Positions 33,364-44,672 are shown, numbered from the stretch's first letter. The stretch: DNA of 64,000 nucleotides from Pseudomonas aeruginosa PAO1 (GCF_000006765.1 NC_002516.2); one strand, 5' to 3'. Notes: generated from the letters alone by a model not told the origin. Numbers and translations: made by a program.

Positions 33364-35049
33364 TCAGGCCCGCACGGGGTTGCCGCGTACCGGCGCATCC
33401 CCGGCCACGTAGTACTTCGCCGTGCTGCGCGGCAGCGGCTGGCGACCGCGGATCCTGTCGGCGATCTTCTCGGCCATCATGATGGTGGTGGCATTGAGGT
33501 TGCCGGTGATGATCAGCGGCATGATCGACGCATCCACCACTCGCAGTCCTTCCATGCCATGGACCCGTCCCTGGCCATCGACCACCGCCATGTCGTCGCT
33601 GCCCATCTTGCACGAGCAGGATGGGTGGAAAGCGGTCTCAGCATGGTTGCGGATGAACTCGTCGAGTTCGGCGTCCGACTGCACGCTCACCCCAGGGCTC
33701 AACTCGCGGCCCCGATAGGGGTCCAGCGCCGGCTGGTTCATGATCTCGCGGGTCAGCCGGATGCCGTCGCGGAACTCCTGCCAGTCCTGCTCGTGGGACA
33801 TGTAGTTGAACAGGATGCTCGGATGCTGGCGCGGGTCCCTGGACTTCAGGTGGATGCGCCCGCGGCTCGGCGAGCGCATCGAGCCCATGTGCGCCTGGAA
33901 GCCGTGCTCCTGCACGCCCTTGCTGCCGTTGTAGTTGATCGCCACCGGGAGGAAATGGAACTGGATGTTCGGCCATTCGAACGCTTCGCGGGTTCGGATG
34001 AAGCCGCCGGCCTCGAACTGGTTGCTGGCGCCGAGGCCCTTGCCGAGGAACAGCCACTGGGCACCGATGGCAGGCTGGTTCCACCATTTGGTCGCCGGGT
34101 AGATCGACACCGGCTGCTTGCAGGCGTACTGCAGGTAGAGTTCCAGGTGATCCTGCAGGTTGGCGCCGACGCCCGGCAGGTCATGCACCACCGGGATGTC
34201 CAGGTCGCGCAGCAGGGCCGCCGGGCCGACGCCGGAGCGTTGCAGCAATTGCGGCGAGGCGATCGCGCCGCTGCACACCAATACTTCGCGGCGGGCGTGG
34301 GCGGTGACCGGGTTGTCGCCGTTGCCCACCAGGTAGGAGACGCCGATGGCGCGCTTGCCGCTGAACAGGATGCGGTCGCTCAGGGCGTGGGTGACGATGG
34401 TCAGGTTGGGCCGGCCGCGGGCCTGGTCCAGGTAGCCGCGCCCGGTGGCGGCGCGACGGCCCTCCGGGGTGACGGTCCGGTCCATGGGGCCGAAGCCTTC
34501 CTGCTGGTAGCCGTTGAGGTCATCGGTTCGCGGGTAGCCGGCCTGCACGCCGGCCTCGACCATCGCATGGAACAGTGGGTTGTTGCCGGCCTTCGGCGTG
34601 GTCACGCTGACCGGGCCGTCGCCGCCATGGTAGTCGTTGGGGCCGATGTCCCGGGTTTCCGCCTTGCGGAAGTACGGCAGGCAGTCGAGGTAGCTCCAGT
34701 CCTCGAGGCCCGGCTCCTTGGCCCAGCCGTCGAAGTCCAGGGCGTTGCCGCGGATGTAGCACATGCCGTTGATCAGCGAGGAGCCGCCCAGGCCCTTGCC
34801 GCGACCGCACTCCATGCGGCGGTTGTTCATGTAGGGCTCGGGGTCGGTCTCGTAGGCCCAGTTGTAGCGCCGCCCCTGCAGCGGGAAGGCAAGGGCCGCC
34901 GGCATCTGGGTGCGGAAGTCGAAGCGGTAGTCGGGACCGCCGGCTTCGAGCAGCAGGACGCTGACGTCGGCATCTTCGGTGAGGCGGGTAGCGAGTACGT
35001 TACCGGCAGAGCCGGCTCCGATGATGATGTAGTCGAATTCCTGGGACAT
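33364..35049 (-). CDS. betA: Choline dehydrogenase
   Basis: GMC oxidoreductase motifs [20 protein letters not shown] and [13 protein letters not shown]. Confidence 0.97.
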
Positions 35050-35184
35050 GCAGGCCTTCCTCTTTTCTCGGCATGACACCGGCCGCGACGCTGGCGCGCC
35101 GGTGTCTGGAAGTTCGGAATGGCCGGTGTCAGGGAGCGTTGCCTGGGACCGGCCTGGTTAGGGGTTCGAGCGCTGCGTCGAGGC

Positions 35185-36657
35185 TCAGAACACCGAGGCG
35201 TAGTCGCCCAGCTCCACTTGCACGGACTTGATGCGAGTGTAATGAGCCAGGGTGGTGAGACCGTTCTCGCGACCGACACCGGATTGCTTGTAACCGCCGA
35301 CCGGCATTTCCGCCGGCGACTCGCCCCAGGTATTGATCCAGCAGATGCCGGCTTCCAGGCGATGGATGGCGCGGTGGGCGCGGGCCAGGTCCTGGGTCAC
35401 GACGCCGGCGGCGAGGCCGTACTCGGTATCGTTGGCGCGGCGGATCGCCTCGTCTTCGTCGTCATAGACCAGGATGCTCATCACCGGGCCGAAGATTTCC
35501 TCGCGGACGATGGTCATGTCGTCGCGGCAATCGGTGAACACGGTCGGCGCGACGTAGGCACCTTTGCCGAACGCTCCATCGGTCACACGCTCGCCGCCGC
35601 ACAGCAGGCGAGCCTTCTGCGCCTTGCCGGACTCGATGTAGCCGAGCACGCTTTCCATGTGCGGGAAGCTGACCAGCGGGCCGAAGTTGGTGTTCTCGTC
35701 CTGCGGGTCGCCGAGACGGATGCGCTGCACGCGCTCCAGTACCTTGGCTTCGAAGCGAGCCTGCTGGGAACGGTGGATGAACACCCGGGTGCCGTTGGTG
35801 CAGACCTGGCCGGAGCTGAAGAAGTTGGCCATGACGGCGATGTCGGCGGCGCGGTCGAGGTCTGCGTCGGGGAAGATGATCAGCGGGGACTTGCCGCCCA
35901 GCTCCATGGTCACTTCCTTCAGCGACGAGCTGGAAGCGCTGGCCATGACTTTCTTGCCGGTGGAGGTGCCACCGGTGAAGGAGATCTTCTCGATCAGCGG
36001 GTGCTCGGTCAGCCACTGGCCGACTTCGCGTCCGCTGCCGGTGAGCACGTTGAACACGCCGTCCGGCACGCCGGCCTCGGTGTAGATCTCGGCCAGCTTG
36101 AGGGCCGTCAGCGGGGTGACTTCGCTGGGCTTGAAGATCATCGCGTTGCCGGCAGCGAGGGCCGGGGCGGATTTCCACAGGGCGATCTGCACCGGGTAGT
36201 TCCAGGCGCCAATGCCGGCGACCACGCCCAGCGGCTCGCGGCGGGTGTAGACGAAACTGGTTTCGCGCAGGGGAATCTGCTCGCCTTCGATGGCCGGGAC
36301 CAGGCCGGCGTAGTACTCGAGCACGTCGGCGCCGGTGACGATGTCCACCGAGCGGGTTTCCGCCAGCGGCTTGCCGGTATCCAGGGTTTCCAGGGCAGCC
36401 AGTTCGTCGTTGCGCTCGCGGAGGATGTCGACGGCGCGACGGAGAATGCGCGAGCGCTGCATGGCGGTCATCGCCGCCCACACCTTCTGCCCCTCGACGG
36501 CGCTCTGCACGGCCCGCTCGACGTCTTCCCTGGAAGCCCGCTGGACCTTGGCGAGCACTTCGCCGTTGGCCGGGTTGATGGTCTCGAAGGTGGCGCCACT
36601 GCTGGCCTCCACGTAGCGACCGCCAATGTAGAGCTTCTGTTCTTCGAATCGGGCCAT
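35185..36657 (-). CDS. betB: Betaine aldehyde dehydrogenase
   Basis: [21 protein letters not shown] and EEIFGPV motifs. Confidence 0.97.
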   Translation of the reverse strand: MARFEEQKLYIGGRYVEASSGATFETINPANGEVLAKVQRASREDVERAVQSAVEGQKVWAAMTAMQRSRILRRAVDILRERNDELAALETLDTGKPLAETRSVDIVTGADVLEYYAGLVPAIEGEQIPLRETSFVYTRREPLGVVAGIGAWNYPVQIALWKSAPALAAGNAMIFKPSEVTPLTALKLAEIYTEAGVPDGVFNVLTGSGREVGQWLTEHPLIEKISFTGGTSTGKKVMASASSSSLKEVTMELGGKSPLIIFPDADLDRAADIAVMANFFSSGQVCTNGTRVFIHRSQQARFEAKVLERVQRIRLGDPQDENTNFGPLVSFPHMESVLGYIESGKAQKARLLCGGERVTDGAFGKGAYVAPTVFTDCRDDMTIVREEIFGPVMSILVYDDEDEAIRRANDTEYGLAAGVVTQDLARAHRAIHRLEAGICWINTWGESPAEMPVGGYKQSGVGRENGLTTLAHYTRIKSVQVELGDYASVF

Positions 36658-36717
36658 GTTGCAGTCCTCTCTTATCGGTATCGCAGGCGCAAGGCGGCGC
36701 CGCGGGGGTTTTCGTCC

Positions 36718-37311
36718 CTACCCCGACTGTTTTGCCAACTGCTGGTCGAGGTAGTCGTAAGCGATGTTCAGGGCCTCGTCGGTATCGAAGGCGTCGCCGG
36801 TCAGCGCGCCACGCAACCACAGGCCGTCGATCAGGGCCGCCAGGCCGCGTGCCGCGGCGCGGGCGTCGTCCGCCGAGAGCTGGCGGCGGAACTGGTAGCA
36901 CAGGTTCGAATACAGGCGATGGTCGTTGACCCGCTGCAATCGACGCAGTGCCGGCTGGTGCATGCTGGTCGCCCAGAACGCCAGCCAGGTCTTCATCGCC
37001 GGACCATTGACCTGGCTGTCGTCGAAGTTGCCTTCGACGATGGCTCGCAGGTGCGCCCTCGGACTGTCGTCGTAGAGCGCCGCGCGGCGTTCGCGTACGG
37101 CCTTGCTCAAGGCGCTGAGCAGGTGCCGCATGGTCGCTTCCAGCAAGCCGTTCTTGTCCTGGAAGTAGTGGCTGATGATGCCGTTGGAAACACCCGCCAG
37201 GCGGGCTATCAGGGCGATGCTGGCGTCTCCCATGCCGACCTGATCAACCGCCTCCAGGGTGGCGTGAATCAGTTGCGAGCGGCGGATGGGCTGCATACCG
37301 ACCTTGGGCAT
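36718..37311 (-). CDS. betI: Choline-responsive TetR-family repressor
   Basis: [11 protein letters not shown] start, TetR HTH, and ALIDGLWLR. Confidence 0.96.
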   Translation of the reverse strand: MPKVGMQPIRRSQLIHATLEAVDQVGMGDASIALIARLAGVSNGIISHYFQDKNGLLEATMRHLLSALSKAVRERRAALYDDSPRAHLRAIVEGNFDDSQVNGPAMKTWLAFWATSMHQPALRRLQRVNDHRLYSNLCYQFRRQLSADDARAAARGLAALIDGLWLRGALTGDAFDTDEALNIAYDYLDQQLAKQSG

Positions 37312-37384
37312 TGCTATCTCCTCTCGTCGATGGGTGCGTGCGGGCACCGACCGACGTCATTGGTGGCCAGTCTATTTTGTTTTT

Positions 37385-37398
37385 ATTGAACGTTCAAT
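37385..37398. promoter_or_regulatory. BetI operator
   Basis: Perfect palindrome ATTGAACGTTCAAT in the betI-betT1 divergent region, matching the known BetI box core. Confidence 0.85.
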
Positions 37399-37589
37399 CA
37401 ACTAAGAATAAGCTCGGCGTCCATGAGCGGCTCCCAGCCTGCGTGCAACCTGGCCCGCGCCGTTCATCACCTCGTCGCCGAAGTCCGCCAAGGATCGCAG
37501 AATCCGGGCTTCAAGTGGGGTGGCAATGCTGTGTCTGTAGTCCGCGGCCATAAGCCGCCATGCTTTCACTGCCATGGGGTCATCCTCCA

Positions 37590-39194
37590 ATGAGTACTGC
37601 TTCGCCAATAAAAACAAACGAGCAGGTACGTCTGAATCCGATCGTGTTCTTCGGCTCGACCGCACTGATCCTGGTTCTGACCGCCGCCCTCATCCTCTAT
37701 CCCGACAGCGCCGGAGCCTTGCTCGGCCGCATCCAGGAGTGGCTGTCGCACAGCTTCGGCTGGTACTACATGCTGGCCATCGGCGCCTACCTGTTCTTCG
37801 TCGCCTGGGTGGCCTTCTCGCGCTTCGGCACCCTCAAGCTCGGCGAGGAGCATGAAAAGCCGGACTTCAGCTACGGCGCCTGGGCCGGCATGCTGTTCTC
37901 CTCCGGGATCGGCATCTCGCTGCTCTACTTCGCCGCATCCGAGCCGATCGACCACCTCTACCATCCACCCGAAGGCGTTCCCGGCAGCCCTCAGGCGGCG
38001 CGCCAGGCGCTGCAACTGACCTTCCTCCACTGGGGCCTACACGGTTGGGCGATCTATGCCCTGGTCGGCCTCGCCGTCGGTTATTTCGCCTACCGCCATC
38101 GCCAGCCGCTGGCGTTGCGCTCGGCGCTCTATCCGATCCTCGGCGAGCGCTGGGTGAAAGGCGCCGCGGGCCATGCGGTGGATTGCTTCGGCATCTTCGT
38201 CACCCTTCTCGGGCTGGTGACCAACCTGGGCATCGGCGCCTTGCAGGTGTCGTCCGGTCTCGAGTACCTGACCGGCATGCCGCACAGCAAAGGCACCCTG
38301 CTGGCGGTGATCCTGGCGATGAGCCTGGTCGCCACCCTGGCGGCGGTCTCCGGTGTCGAGAAAGGCATCCGCCGGCTGTCCAACCTGAATATCGTGCTGT
38401 TCAGCTCGCTGCTGCTGTTCGTGCTGGTCTGCGGTTCGACCCTGGAACTGCTCAACGGCTTCGTACAGAACCTCGGCGACTATCTCGACGGCCTGGTGCT
38501 GAAGACCTTCGACCTCTACGTCTACACCGGTGCCGGCGCCGGCAAGAGCGAGGAATGGCTGGGCCTGTGGACCCTGTTCTACTGGGCCTGGTGGATTTCC
38601 TGGGCGCCCTTCGTCGGTATGTTCATCGCCCGCATCTCCCGCGGTCGCAGCGTGCGCGAACTGGTCTGCGGGGTGCTGCTGATCCCGCTGGGCTTCACCC
38701 TGGCCTGGCTGTCGGTATTCGGCAACAGCGCCCTGGACCTGGTGATGAACCACGGCGCGACCGACCTGGGCAAGGCCGCGCTGGAACAGCCGTCGATGTC
38801 GATCTACCTGCTGCTGGAACACTATCCGCTGTCGAAGATCGTCATCGGCCTGTCGATCTTCGTCGGCTTCGTGCTGTTCCTCACCCCGGCGGATTCCGGC
38901 TCGGTGATGCTGGCCAATCTCTCGCGCAGCGGCGGCGAGCTGGACGAGGACGCGCCGAACTGGCTGCGTATCCTCTGGTCGGCCGTCGTCACGCTAGTCA
39001 CCATCGGCCTGCTGTTCGCCGGTAACTTCACGGCGATGCAAACCGTCGTGGTGCTCGCCGGGCTGCCGTTCTCGGCGGTGCTGATCCTGTTCATGTTCGG
39101 CCTGCACAAGGCCATGCGCGCCGACTACGAGGCCCAGGTCGGCGACCGCCGCACCTACCAGCCGGTGCCGGCGCCAACCCAGCCCCAGACCTGA
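37590..39194 (+). CDS. betT1: BCCT-family choline transporter (start codon uncertain)
   Basis: BCCT motifs LFSSGIGI, FLHWGLHGWAIY and WTLFYWAWWISWAPFVGMFIARISRGR; no long C-terminal domain. Confidence 0.9.
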   Translation: MSTASPIKTNEQVRLNPIVFFGSTALILVLTAALILYPDSAGALLGRIQEWLSHSFGWYYMLAIGAYLFFVAWVAFSRFGTLKLGEEHEKPDFSYGAWAGMLFSSGIGISLLYFAASEPIDHLYHPPEGVPGSPQAARQALQLTFLHWGLHGWAIYALVGLAVGYFAYRHRQPLALRSALYPILGERWVKGAAGHAVDCFGIFVTLLGLVTNLGIGALQVSSGLEYLTGMPHSKGTLLAVILAMSLVATLAAVSGVEKGIRRLSNLNIVLFSSLLLFVLVCGSTLELLNGFVQNLGDYLDGLVLKTFDLYVYTGAGAGKSEEWLGLWTLFYWAWWISWAPFVGMFIARISRGRSVRELVCGVLLIPLGFTLAWLSVFGNSALDLVMNHGATDLGKAALEQPSMSIYLLLEHYPLSKIVIGLSIFVGFVLFLTPADSGSVMLANLSRSGGELDEDAPNWLRILWSAVVTLVTIGLLFAGNFTAMQTVVVLAGLPFSAVLILFMFGLHKAMRADYEAQVGDRRTYQPVPAPTQPQT

Positions 39195-39237
39195 ACCCGG
39201 CGCCGCTAGGGCGCCCTCGCCAATCAGGTGCGTACTT

Positions 39238-39266
39238 GGCCCGGCGTTTCGCCGGGCCTTTCTTTT
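39238..39266 (+). terminator. Rho-independent terminator after betT1
   Basis: GGCCCGGCG-TTT-CGCCGGGCC followed by TTTCTTTT. Confidence 0.8.
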
Positions 39267-39356
39267 CTGCCACCCGGCGCCCGGCGCATGCCGCAGGAAC
39301 CGACGCGCAGGAGTGTGGGACAGGAAGAGCAGGCGGAAAAAGCGCGGAGGGTAAAC

Positions 39357-39385
39357 GCGAATGCCCGGCAGCGCCGGGCATTCGC
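39357..39385 (-). terminator. Hairpin after cbcV
   Basis: 13-bp perfect stem GCGAATGCCCGGC-N3-GCCGGGCATTCGC, followed by GTTT on the minus strand. Confidence 0.65.
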
Positions 39386-39411
39386 AGCGGCCCCGAGCGG
39401 GCCGAGGGTGA

Positions 39412-40590
39412 TCAGCCGAGGTTCTTGCCCAGCAACGCGTGATACAGCTCGCTGTCGCCGAGCACCCCGACCACCCTGTCCTGCTCCTGAAGGACCAGCT
39501 TGTGGCCGGTCTGGTAGCGAATCTGCAGGGCATCGCGCATACGGATGCTGACATCCACCAGGGTCGGTTCGCGGCGCAGCTTCTCCACCGGATCGCCCTG
39601 GCGCCAGCGTTGCAGGTCGATGACGTTGCTGCCCTGGCGCGCGCCCTTGAGCACGTCGCCTTCGCTGAGACCGATCCAGCAGTCGCGGCCCTGGTCGAAG
39701 CAGATCTCGTCGTTCTGCCGGATGCACTGGTCGAGGCCACGCATCAGGCTCTGGCCGCACAGCACGTTGAGCGGGTTGGTATGGGCGACGAAGGTACGCA
39801 CGTAGTCGTCCGCGGGGCTCAGCACGATCTCTTCCGGCTTGCCGTGCTGGATGATCCGGCCGTCCTTCATGATCGCGATGCGGGTGCCGATCTTCAGCGC
39901 CTCGTCGAGGTCGTGGCTGACGAACACGATGGTCTTGTGCAGTTGCCGTTGCAGCACCAGCAGTTCGTCCTGCAATTGCTGGCGGATCAGCGGGTCGAGG
40001 GCCGAGAACGGTTCGTCCATCAGCAAGATGTCGCCATCCATCGCCAGCGCGCGAGCCAGGCCGACGCGCTGCTGCATGCCGCCGGAGAGCGAGTCGGGAC
40101 GCTTGTCGCGCCACTGCGAGAGACCGACCAGCTCGAGCTTCTCGTCGATCAGCTTCTTCCGCTCGGCGGCCGGGCGGCCCTGCATCTCCAGGCCGAAGCC
40201 GACGTTCTCGGCCACCGTCAGCCAGGGCATCAGGGCGAACTTCTGGAACACCATGGCGATGCGCTTGGTACGCATGGCCTTGAGGGTCGCCGGCGAGCAG
40301 TTGGCGATGTCCACCTGCGAACCTTCGTGCTCGATCAGCAGCTTGCCGCGGCTGACCTTGTTCAGGCCGTTGATGCAGCGCAGCAGGCTCGACTTGCCGG
40401 AGCCGGAAAGTCCCATCAGCACGCAGATCTCGCCGCGGTTGACGTCCAGGCAGGCGTCCTCGACGCCGAGCACCTGGCCGGTGCGCTTGAGGATCTCGGC
40501 GCGGCCGAGGCCCTGGTCGAGGAGCTTCAGGGCTTCCTTGGTGTGGGTGCCGAAGATGACGTCCACATGGTCGAATCGGATCGCGGTCAT
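39412..40590 (-). CDS. cbcV: Choline/betaine/carnitine ABC transporter ATPase
   Basis: GLSGSGKS, LSGGMQQR and LMDEPFSALDP motifs. Confidence 0.92.
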   Translation of the reverse strand: MTAIRFDHVDVIFGTHTKEALKLLDQGLGRAEILKRTGQVLGVEDACLDVNRGEICVLMGLSGSGKSSLLRCINGLNKVSRGKLLIEHEGSQVDIANCSPATLKAMRTKRIAMVFQKFALMPWLTVAENVGFGLEMQGRPAAERKKLIDEKLELVGLSQWRDKRPDSLSGGMQQRVGLARALAMDGDILLMDEPFSALDPLIRQQLQDELLVLQRQLHKTIVFVSHDLDEALKIGTRIAIMKDGRIIQHGKPEEIVLSPADDYVRTFVAHTNPLNVLCGQSLMRGLDQCIRQNDEICFDQGRDCWIGLSEGDVLKGARQGSNVIDLQRWRQGDPVEKLRREPTLVDVSIRMRDALQIRYQTGHKLVLQEQDRVVGVLGDSELYHALLGKNLG

Positions 40591-40593
40591 GGC

Positions 40594-41433
40594 TTATTTC
40601 CCCTTCACGGCGCGCTGCTTGCACACCCGGTCGAGCAGGATGGCGAGCAGGACGATGGCCAGGCCGGCTTCGAAGCCGAGGGAGATGTCGGCGGTGTTCA
40701 GCGCGTTCACCACCGGCTTGCCGAGGCCATCGGCGCCGACCAGCGCGGCGATCACCACCATCGACAGGGAGAGCATGATGCATTGGGTGATGCCGGCGGC
40801 GATGCTCGGCATCGCGTGCGGCAGCTCGATGCGCGTCAGCAGTTGCCAGCGCGAGCAGCCGAAGGCCTTGCCGGCGTCGAGCAGCTCCGCCGGAACGTCC
40901 TGGATACCCAGGCAGGTCAGGCGGATTGGCGCGGCGACGGCGAAGATCACCGTGGAAATCAGGCCCGGCACCACGCCGAGACCGAACAGGGTCAGGGTCG
41001 GGATCAGGTAGACGAAGGTCGGCACCGTCTGCATCAGGTCCAGCAGCGGCCGCAGCGCGGTGTAGAACCACGGCTTGTGCGCGGCGACGATGCCCAGCGG
41101 CACGCCTACGGCGATGCACACCAGGGTGGCGAATATCACCTGGGCGAGGGTTTCCATGGTCTCCTGCCAGTAGCCCAGGTTGAGGATCAGCAGCAACGAG
41201 GCCAGGGCGAACACGGTCAGCCCCCAGCTGCGCTGGATGAAATGCACCAGCCCTACCAGCAAGGCGATCAGCACCAGCGGGTTGAACCAGAGCAAGCCGT
41301 TGGTGACGCCATGGATGAGGAACTCAAGGGTGTCGGAGATCTTGTCGAAGAACGATGCGCCATGCAGGGTCAGCCAGTCGACGAAACCGGCGATCTGCTC
41401 TCCCAGCGGGAGCTTGTGATCAGTCAGGAACAT
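40594..41433 (-). CDS. cbcW: Choline/betaine/carnitine ABC permease
   Basis: ProW-like DLMQTVPTFVYLIP and EAA loop (LLDAGKAFG). Confidence 0.92.
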   Translation of the reverse strand: MFLTDHKLPLGEQIAGFVDWLTLHGASFFDKISDTLEFLIHGVTNGLLWFNPLVLIALLVGLVHFIQRSWGLTVFALASLLLILNLGYWQETMETLAQVIFATLVCIAVGVPLGIVAAHKPWFYTALRPLLDLMQTVPTFVYLIPTLTLFGLGVVPGLISTVIFAVAAPIRLTCLGIQDVPAELLDAGKAFGCSRWQLLTRIELPHAMPSIAAGITQCIMLSLSMVVIAALVGADGLGKPVVNALNTADISLGFEAGLAIVLLAILLDRVCKQRAVKGK

Positions 41434-41474
41434 AATCAGGGTCCATCAAGAGCGGGAAATGAACGACCGGTCGC

Positions 41475-42413
41475 CTACTTGGCGAACGCCAGCTTGGCCG
41501 CGGCTGCGGCAGGCTGCCCGTCGCGGGTGGTGACACCGGCCAGCCAGGCATCCAGCTGTTCCGGGTGATCCTTCAACCAGGCCTTAGCGGCTTCCTCGGG
41601 TTTCTTGTTTTCGTTGAGTACCGCGTCCATCAGCTTGTTCTCCATCTCGAGGGTGAAGCTGAGGTTCTTCAGCAGTTGGCCGACGTTGGCGCACTCCTGG
41701 GCGTAGCCCTTGCGCACGTTGGTGTAGATGGTCGCGCCGCCATAGTTGGGGCCGAAGAAGTCGTCGCCGCCTTCCAGGTACTTCATCTGGAAGCGGGTAT
41801 TCATGGGGTGCGGCTCCCAGCCGAGGAACACCACCCACTGGTTGCGCCGGATGGCCCGCTGCACCTGCGAGAGCATGCCCGCCTCGCTGGATTCCACCAA
41901 CTTGAACTTGCCCAGTTCGAAGGCGTTCTTGTCAATCATGCTCTGGGCGACGCGGTTGCCGTCGTTGCCCGGCTCGATGCCGTAGATCTTGTTGCCCAGC
42001 TTGTCGGAGAACTTCGCGATATCGGCGAAGCTGCGCAGGCCGCCGTCGTAGACGTACTGGGGAACCGCCAGGGTGTACTTGGCGCCCTCCAGGTTGGCGC
42101 GCAGTGTCTCGACCGTACCTTTCTCGGCGTACTGCTTGATGTCGTTGGTCATGGTGGGCATCCAGTTGCCCAGGAATACGTCGAGGTCGTTGTTGGCCAG
42201 GGAGCGGTAGGTCACCGGCACCGAGAGCAGATTGACCTTGGTCTTGTAGCCGAGGGACTCGAGGACCTGGCGGGTGACCGCAGTGGTCACTGTGATGTCG
42301 GTCCAGCCGACGTCGGCGAAACGCACCGACGCACAGGATTCGGGCTCCGCGGCCTGGGCTGCCAGCGGTGCGCACAGAGACACGGCCAGCAGCCAAGACT
42401 TGCAACCTTTCAT
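41475..42413 (-). CDS. cbcX: Choline-binding periplasmic protein
   Basis: Signal peptide; ChoX-like ADVGWTD, FLGNWMP, GIEPGNDGN and FLGWEPHPMN; GAGGAG SD. Confidence 0.92.
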   Translation of the reverse strand: MKGCKSWLLAVSLCAPLAAQAAEPESCASVRFADVGWTDITVTTAVTRQVLESLGYKTKVNLLSVPVTYRSLANNDLDVFLGNWMPTMTNDIKQYAEKGTVETLRANLEGAKYTLAVPQYVYDGGLRSFADIAKFSDKLGNKIYGIEPGNDGNRVAQSMIDKNAFELGKFKLVESSEAGMLSQVQRAIRRNQWVVFLGWEPHPMNTRFQMKYLEGGDDFFGPNYGGATIYTNVRKGYAQECANVGQLLKNLSFTLEMENKLMDAVLNENKKPEEAAKAWLKDHPEQLDAWLAGVTTRDGQPAAAAAKLAFAK

Positions 42414-42540
42414 AGCGAACTCCTCTGCAGGGTAAGGCGCCGGCGCTACCCCGAAGGGCGCGGCGGTCTGTCTGTATCGGGCCGACCGGTAGCGGCCCTC
42501 AGCGGGCAATTCGTGAACGATCATGAAACAGGACGCATCC

Positions 42541-42603
42541 GTCGCCTACAGGGTGGGTCGCAACCAGTGCAGGCGGGGTCGCATTCAGTACCCGCTGTGT
42601 CGC
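42541..42603. promoter_or_regulatory. GTCGC array (AraC-type half-sites) between cbcX and sdaB
   Basis: GTCGC at 42541, 42557, 42578 and 42599 (spacings 16, 21, 21). Confidence 0.6.
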
Positions 42604-42876
42604 ATTCAATCATAGTGGTCTTTGCCGGCGACCAGCGGATGCCGTTTTCGGAGCGGCGCGAGCCCGTTCTCATTCCGACGCCGTGCAGGTGCAGACGCCC
42701 CTCGGCCGCAGAGGTTCCCCGATCCGGGCGCGGACGCGGCGCTTTTGGACATGGCCGGGTCGGTGGCGGATGCGGCCCGCCCCGGGGAAAGCCCGATGAT
42801 GCGCAGGAATCGCGGGCGGAGGAGCCGCCACCCCCACTACGCAGGCACGGATGCCGCGGCAATCCCGGAGGCCGGC

Positions 42877-44253
42877 ATGGCTATCAGTGTGTTCGACCTT
42901 TTCAAGATCGGTATCGGCCCGTCCAGTTCGCATACCGTCGGCCCCATGCGCGCCGCCGCGCTGTTCACCGCTGCCCTGCGCCAACGCCAGGCGCTGTCGG
43001 CGGTGCGGCGTCTCGAAGTGCGCCTGTATGGCTCGCTGTCCGCCACCGGCGTCGGCCACGGCACCGATCGCGCGGTGATCATGGGCCTGATGGGCGAATG
43101 GCCGGATCGTATCGACCCGACCCAGATCGCCCCACGCATGGCCGCGCTGCTCGATAGCGGCCTGCTGCAACTGGACGGCCGCGTGGCGGTACCGTTCGAC
43201 TGGGTGCGCGACATGCGCCTGCTCGACGAGAACCTGCCCTACCACCCCAACGCCATGACCCTGGTCGCCTACGGCGAGCAAGGCGAACTGCACCAGGAGA
43301 CCTACTACTCGGTGGGTGGCGGCTTCGTGGTCGATGCGGCACAGGCCGCCTCGGGACAGCTCGACCAGGACCACACGGTGCTGCCCTACGACTTCTCCAG
43401 CGCCGAGGAACTGTTGCTGCTGTGCAAGCGCCACAACCTGCGGGTATCCGAGCTGATGCTGGCCAACGAACGCATCTGGCGCAGCGAGACCGACATCCGC
43501 GAAGGCCTGCGGCGCATCTGGCAGGCGATGCGCGATTGCGTCGACAACGGGTTGCGCAACGAAGGCATCCTTCCCGGCGGGCTCAACGTGCAACGCCGCG
43601 CTGCGCGCCTGCACCGCAACCTGCAGGAGATCGGCAAGCCCAACGTGATCGGCTCGACCCTCAGCGCCATGGAATGGGTCAACCTGTTCGCCCTGGCGGT
43701 GAACGAGGAGAACGCCGCCGGCGGGCGCATGGTCACCGCGCCCACCAACGGCGCGGCGGGGATCATCCCGGCGGTGCTGCACTACTATATGAAGTTCAAT
43801 CCCGACGCCCAGGACCGCGACGTCGTCGACTACCTGCTGGCCGCCGCCGCGGTGGGCATCCTGTGCAAGAAGAACGCCTCGATCTCCGGCGCCGAGGTCG
43901 GCTGCCAGGGCGAGGTCGGCTCGGCCTGCGCGATGGCCGCCGCCGGACTGGCGGAAGTCCTCGGCGCCACCCCGGCGCAGGTCGAGAACGCCGCCGAGAT
44001 CGGCCTGGAGCACAACCTCGGGCTGACCTGCGACCCGGTCGGCGGGCTGGTCCAGGTGCCCTGTATCGAGCGCAACGCGATCGCCGCGGTGAAGGCCATC
44101 AACGCGGCGCAAATGGCCTTGCGCGGCGACGGCCAGCATTTCATCTCGCTGGACAAGGTGATCCGCACCATGCGCGACACCGGTGCCGACATGCACGACA
44201 AGTACAAGGAAACCTCGCGCGGGGGCCTGGCGGTGAACGCCATCGAGTGCTGA
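42877..44253 (+). CDS. sdaB: L-serine dehydratase (Fe-S)
   Basis: [30 protein letters not shown] and PCIERN motifs. Confidence 0.93.
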   Translation: MAISVFDLFKIGIGPSSSHTVGPMRAAALFTAALRQRQALSAVRRLEVRLYGSLSATGVGHGTDRAVIMGLMGEWPDRIDPTQIAPRMAALLDSGLLQLDGRVAVPFDWVRDMRLLDENLPYHPNAMTLVAYGEQGELHQETYYSVGGGFVVDAAQAASGQLDQDHTVLPYDFSSAEELLLLCKRHNLRVSELMLANERIWRSETDIREGLRRIWQAMRDCVDNGLRNEGILPGGLNVQRRAARLHRNLQEIGKPNVIGSTLSAMEWVNLFALAVNEENAAGGRMVTAPTNGAAGIIPAVLHYYMKFNPDAQDRDVVDYLLAAAAVGILCKKNASISGAEVGCQGEVGSACAMAAAGLAEVLGATPAQVENAAEIGLEHNLGLTCDPVGGLVQVPCIERNAIAAVKAINAAQMALRGDGQHFISLDKVIRTMRDTGADMHDKYKETSRGGLAVNAIEC

Positions 44254-44517
44254 ACCGGAATTGCTCACGAAACGATCGAGACGCCACTTTTTGGCGCATA
44301 TGACGCGTGACCGGGCGGTCGTCATCCGTCACACTGCGGAGTAACGGCTCGCCGCCCGTCGTTACCTTTGTCGCCACGGCCGCTGCCCCGGCTTCTCGCC
44401 GGGGGCCGCCCTGGTGCTACCGAAATGCCCAGGCGCGCGGCGCGCCGCCAGCCGTCGCCCATGCTGTCGTTGTGCCAGGTCCGAGTGGAAATACCGGGCT
44501 AAAGCCTTCCGGCTTTT

Positions 44518-44537
44518 TTGATTGAACGCCCAATCAA
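44518..44537. promoter_or_regulatory. BetI-like operator upstream of gbdR
   Basis: TTGATTGAACGCCCAATCAA, 17/20 identical to the reverse complement of 37382-37401. Confidence 0.6.
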
Positions 44538-44672
44538 TATAGGCATGGCATTTGCCTTGCTCTGGTTACAAGCAACGCCGACGGCGTGGCCCAAGCAGCC
44601 ACCCGGAAATTCCAACAATCATAAAAAAAGCCTCGTGAGAGGCCTGCTTGCTCAGCGTGAGGAGATACACCC

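Noticed and set aside
42555-42610. Periodic repeats read as a mini-CRISPR
   Set aside because: The repeats are only 6-10 bp with 21-bp period, and there are no cas genes. Transcription-factor sites fit better.
44518-44537. TTGAT...ATCAA read as an Anr/Fnr box
   Set aside because: The spacer is 10 bp rather than 4, and the core matches the BetI box.
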